A stretch of DNA of 63,412 nucleotides. It comes from Octopus bimaculoides. Lineage: Eukaryota. Each line of letters begins with the position of its first letter. Position 1 is the first letter of the stretch. The position numbers and the translations under genes are program-made. Location: the NCBI RefSeq assembly GCF_001194135.2, contig NC_068995.1, positions 2,954,591 to 3,018,002 of the forward strand, in the 5' to 3' direction. Shown here piece by piece: positions 60,371-63,412 of this stretch. The notes under the pieces are model-generated. The model worked only from the letters and a program-made list of their open reading frames with translations, ran no database searches and was not told the origin of the DNA.

Positions 60371-62470
60371 CATACACGTATGCATATACACATGCATGCA
60401 TACACACATAAACATATGCGCATATTATGTGCACAGTCATGCAGCTACATCCGTCATCCATCCATCCAATCATATATACATACATTACATACATACATAT
60501 ATACGTACGTACATACATACACACAGTCATACACATATGCATATACACACATGCATGCATACACATATACATATGCGAATATGCATACAGTCATGCAGCT
60601 ACATCTTTCCTCCCTCCCTCCATACATCCATCCATCCATACATACATTACATACATACATTCATATATACATACAACTTGAATGGTTGCCTGATAGTACA
60701 CGGCACACTATACATGTACATCTGACTATTGTATTATCAGAAGCATGAAACTTATAGTAGTTCGCATTTAAATTTTGTGTGTATTAAATATATATCTTAG
60801 TCATATAACAAGAATAACAATAAAATCCAGCCCAAAAATAGTCACCAGTTTTTACCAGAATATTTTCAAAGCATTTATTGTGTCTGTACTGAATCTCTTT
60901 GACAGACGTCACTCTTGGAGCCAGTGTTAATATTGTATCAAAGAAAGTCAACAAGTCTTATCACTTGGTAAGTTTACTACTGAAATATATTTGACATGTG
61001 GTGATTGCTTCATCTTCTCGGATGATTGTTGCCTCCTTGTGCTTCTTCGTTGTGAATAGCATTTCTGACTTTCTGTCCATGACTTCTCAGATGACTAAGT
61101 AATCCCATTGCAAATCTGCAAAATTTGAAGCATCAGTGACAGACCAAAGTTATATCTTACTCGTAAACTTGGTGTTACGGGATTCTGTATAAACCAATCA
61201 TTTCTCCCCAGAACTAGTTCCATCCTTGCACGTGTTATCCACTCAAACATTAATAATAATAAGTTTACAAGGACCAACCGATCCTTTTTATGCTTTTATG
61301 TTCTCCTACCTGGGCAGCAATATCTGGAAGGGCTATGGACCAAAGCCTTTACCTTTTGTTTTTGAACTATTGAAAAAGAAAACCTCTTGACGAAATGGCG
61401 ATTTTGTTAAGAAATTAGCTTCACAAACTCATGGTTCTGTGTTCAGTCTCACTGAACATTACCTTGGGCAAGTTCTATTATAACAGAAAAAGAAATTATT
61501 TAGAGTTTGAAGCTGATAAAGCAAGATTTTACATTGTTCATAACTTTCCCAAATGTATTCGTTCAGTAAATAAAGCTTTCTTAACTGGGAATCAAACCTG
61601 AGCGAAGAAAGGAATGGAAATGAAAAAAATAAGGTTTTCGTACTTTTTTCCCAAGAGCATTCATTGAGATATTTAAGGGAAACCAGATTGTAGACCCTGA
61701 TCTTTAAGAACTTATCAGAACATTCCTTATATAAGAAACTATTATAACATTCCACATCTGGAAACTGGAAGCTTATCCTTTCATTCACACCTTCATTCCT
61801 TTAACATCTCAATTATTAATATAACAATTATTTATTTTAAAGGTTGCCGGAGATAAACGGAAAGCTCTATCGGTAAGTGTTGAATTATGTTGTTTTTGAT
61901 GATTTAATGAGAGCAGGGGGAGTAGCAGCCATGACTTGTTTTTTTTTACAGGGATTTTGAGATTAATGCAAAGAAGGAAGTTATTCACAGTTTAGACATC
62001 TGGTGCCAATGTCAATGTGTCCCTCTGGCATATCCCAGCTCTTATATCAAAGAAACTTGTATCCCCTCACATGGTTTTGGTTGGCCTGAGGCTATAGCAG
62101 AAGACACTTGCTCAAGGTGCCATGCAGTGGGACTGAACCCAGAACTATATGGTTGAGAAGCAACCTTCTTGCCACACACCTATTATAACAATTATTTCAA
62201 GATGATTTTTTTTTTCTTGTAAACTCAAATTTTGCTTTCTAAGAATTTCTGGAAATTCCTTAAACTTTGGTAATTTGTTTTGCTTCTTCAGATGACCGAC
62301 ATTAGCCACATGAAGCTTCCCGCAGAACTGGAAGCTCTTCTGCTGAATTTGTTTTCCAAAATGCTGGACCAAGCAAACACTGCCCCACCTCTAAGATATC
62401 TTCACAATTTCTTTATTCATCAAGCATCAAAGTTTTTACTGAACGATGGAAGCCAATGGACAATAAACAG
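45877..62470 (+). CDS. Highly divergent plexin-family receptor, partial (IPT domains, TM, GAP1, RBD, start of GAP2); 16 exons, open at both ends
   Basis: All GT-AG junctions are phase-compatible with no stop over 1929 nt; collinear motifs [86 protein letters not shown] correspond to plexin F.Y.EDP, GGT.LTI.G, IPFLDY, NK.FLL.FI, RRTESVAE, EPLF..GPIDAITG, VKVLNCDTITQVKEK, WHLV, IKYMFDFL..WKSN. Confidence 0.9.
46520..46576 (+). CDS. Plexin-like 57-nt symmetric exon (possible cassette)
   Basis: ttgcag | (W)[18 protein letters not shown](S) | gtaagg, phase 2-2, frame-preserving. Confidence 0.6.
47615..47684 (+). CDS. Plexin-like exon (IPT strand, G.PL...G.N)
   Basis: tttcag | (S/C)[23 protein letters not shown] | gtaaga, phase 2-0. 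Confidence 0.8.
48425..48869 (+). mobile_element. CRE-like non-LTR retrotransposon relic (REL endonuclease C-terminus)
   Basis: [70 protein letters not shown]; frameshifts and stops. Confidence 0.8.
49095..49277 (+). CDS. Plexin-like exon (IPT)
   Basis: ccccag | [35 protein letters not shown] | gtaagt, phase 0-0. Confidence 0.8.
49325..49860 (+). mobile_element. Family E repeat (rearranged) with an (AAT)n tail
   Basis: Homology to 16693-17212 with internal duplications. Confidence 0.75.
49889..50035 (+). CDS. Plexin-like exon (last IPT domain)
   Basis: ctgcag | [31 protein letters not shown] | gtaaga, phase 0-0. Confidence 0.85.
50147..50712. repeat. Intronic 38-bp minisatellite, about 15 units
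   Basis: Consensus aggcayrccctctgttatrataacccarccctttcttt. Confidence 0.9.
50897..51110 (+). CDS. Plexin-like transmembrane exon
   Basis: ccacag | [52 protein letters not shown] | gtaatg, phase 0-1. Confidence 0.9.
51236..51560 (-). mobile_element. R4/Dong 3' end, short copy
   Basis: Homologous to 51721-52050; abuts (ATT)n. Confidence 0.75.
51721..52604 (-). mobile_element. R4/Dong-clade 3' fragment with REL endonuclease
   Basis: [29 protein letters not shown]-like and [33 protein letters not shown]; (ATT)n on both sides. Confidence 0.85.
53202..53323 (+). CDS. Plexin-like exon (juxtamembrane / start of GAP)
   Basis: tttcag | (G)[29 protein letters not shown] | gtaagt, phase 1-0. Confidence 0.85.
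53471..53810 (+). mobile_element. SINE family D
   Basis: Homologous to 17618-17965. Confidence 0.8.
53826..54205 (+). mobile_element. SINE family B
   Basis: tRNA-like head plus body. Confidence 0.8.
54275..54396 (+). CDS. Plexin-like exon (GAP1)
   Basis: tggcag | [40 protein letters not shown](K) | gtaagt, phase 0-2. Confidence 0.88.
54617..54852 (-). mobile_element. Family E repeat, 3' part
   Basis: Reverse complement of 16980-17212; AAT flanks. Confidence 0.75.
56121..56192 (+). CDS. Plexin-like exon leading into the arginine motif (5' boundary uncertain)
   Basis: tttcttgtag | [23 protein letters not shown](R) | gtaata, phase 2-2; other in-frame acceptors exist at 55968, 55974 and 56025. 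Confidence 0.75.
56372..56438 (+). CDS. Plexin-like exon (after the arginine finger)
   Basis: ggtttag | (R)[22 protein letters not shown] | gtaaga, phase 2-0; compare RTESVAEKMLTNW. Confidence 0.9.
56439..56681. repeat. Minisatellite of about 8 units with palindromic core TAAGAT-AA-ATCTTA, beginning at the splice donor
   Basis: (g)taagataaatctta repeated every 22-36 nt. Confidence 0.85.
57120..57266 (+). CDS. Plexin-like exon (end of GAP1)
   Basis: ttttcag | [39 protein letters not shown] | gtaagt, phase 0-0. Confidence 0.92.
57800..58104. mobile_element. hAT-like MITE
   Basis: t(t)gtggttctcaac ... ggttgagagccactg terminal inverted repeats. Confidence 0.65.
58583..58730 (+). CDS. Plexin-like exon (Rho-binding domain, N-terminal half)
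   Basis: cgacag | [36 protein letters not shown] | gtaaat, phase 0-1. Confidence 0.9.
59085..59500 (+). mobile_element. Two SINE family C copies
   Basis: Family C sequence twice. Confidence 0.7.
59523..59880 (+). mobile_element. SINE family B
   Basis: Family B sequence. Confidence 0.8.
60119..60274 (+). CDS. Plexin-like exon (RBD, C-terminal half)
   Basis: gtgcag | (V)[28 protein letters not shown] | gtaagt, phase 1-1; compare LNTL.HY.V.DG. Confidence 0.88.
60906..60967 (+). CDS. Plexin-like exon
   Basis: tgacag | (Y)[20 protein letters not shown] | gtaagt, phase 1-0; YHL(V) corresponds to WHLV. Confidence 0.82.
61843..61872 (+). CDS. Plexin-like 30-nt exon
   Basis: attttaaag | [10 protein letters not shown] | gtaagt, phase 0-0. 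Confidence 0.75.
62292..62470 (+). CDS. Plexin-like exon (start of GAP2)
   Basis: ttcttcag | [39 protein letters not shown](S) | gtaacc, phase 0-2. Confidence 0.88.
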
Positions 62471-62629
62471 GTAACCACCTGTCTTTTAGAAATTTTGCTT
62501 TCCTAAATGTGCTGTTGTTGATGTTGTTTAGTATTGGTCCTCCATTGGTTATGATGATGAGTGTTCCACTTGATCTGATCTACTGAAAAGCCTGCTGGTG
62601 ATATTAACATGCGAGTGGCTCCACAGACA

Positions 62630-62850
62630 CATGTACTCTTAACGTAGATCTCAGGGAGATTCAGCATGACATGCAATGTGACAAAGCTGGTCCTTTTAAA
62701 TTACAGGTACAACTCGTTTTTGCCAGCTGAATGCACTGGAGTAATGTGACATAAAGTGTCTTGCTCAAGGACACAATGCACTGCTGGTAATCAAACTCAT
62801 GACCTTACAATCGTCAGCCGAATATCCTAACCACTAAGCTACACGCCTTC
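62630..62850 (-). mobile_element. tRNA-derived SINE related to family D
   Basis: Minus-strand tRNA-like head ggcgtgtagcttagtggttagg..ggtcatgagtttgattacc plus cttgagcaagacacttta. Confidence 0.65.
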
Positions 62851-63139
62851 CCTGGGATACCATACATAGTACACTAACACACTTCATCATAGTCCCTCCC
62901 TCCCTTCTTCCTCCTTCTCTCACTCTATGATTCTTTCTCTTTCACTCTGTGTATGGAACTTTGTTTAGTTATTGCCTGCCACCAAGCCTAGTATGTGCAC
63001 TCATGCTGTTGCTTTTAGTTAACTTTCTCTGTATCTGTCTATCTCTCTTTTGCTCTCACTCCCCCCTCTAAATACAATGCCAAGTGTAACTGAAGAAATC
63101 AACCAGCCAGCTTTTGTACCGTCACCTGTTATATATAAA

Positions 63140-63300
63140 CTGGAGGTGCAATGGTCCAGTGGTTAGAGCAGTGGACTCGCGGTCGTGGAATTGTGGTTTC
63201 GATTCCCAGATTGGACGTTATGGGTGTTTATTGAGCAAAAACACCGCTAGGGGGTGATGGCGAAGCCTGCTGTACTCTTTCATCACAACTTTCTCTCACT
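63140..63300 (+). mobile_element. tRNA-derived SINE related to family D
   Basis: ggtccagtggttagagcagtggactcgcggtcgtggaattgtggtttcgattccc head. Confidence 0.65.
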
Positions 63301-63412
63301 CTTTCTAAATTACATGTCTCAAGGAACCCTTGCACACAAAAAATAGCAATCATATACTGTATCTTTCTCATATAATTTTCATTGCTGTTCACATGGTAAA
63401 TATCATATATAT

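Noticed and set aside
62471-63412. Search for the next plexin exon containing LRFW
   Set aside because: No phase-2 open exon with this motif found; presumably beyond the window end

Overview
AT-rich eukaryotic DNA, about 63 kb, with seven N-gaps. The repeat content (tRNA-derived SINEs, RTE LINEs with a (GAT)n tail, Penelope-type palindromes, mariner/pogo/hAT MITEs, (TAA)n-flanked R4/Dong elements, dense microsatellites) points to a coleoid cephalopod, probably Octopus; this is an inference from repeat recognition. Two protein-coding genes are supported, both on the + strand. (1) The terminal exon of a BTB/POZ protein lacking C-terminal zinc fingers (1284-2357). (2) A highly divergent plexin-like receptor, rebuilt by hand from 16 GT-AG exons with compatible phases (45877-62470, 1929 nt, about 640 aa, no internal stop). 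It covers IPT domains, a TM helix, GAP segment 1, the RBD and the start of GAP segment 2, and continues beyond the window. Its GAP motif reads IMSRFDS instead of LLRRTES, its juxtamembrane helix is short, and no Sema/PSI exons were recognisable upstream, although a 100-N gap of unknown size lies 2.4 kb upstream. Other notable items are minimal hammerhead-ribozyme motifs inside a nested ~1 kb palindrome, a two-LTR gag-only Gypsy element with a 5-bp TSD, a CRE-like REL retrotransposon relic, a minisatellite seeded by a splice donor, and a speculative minus-strand micro-exon gene. Family assignments come from remembered motifs, not database searches, and repeat boundaries are approximate.
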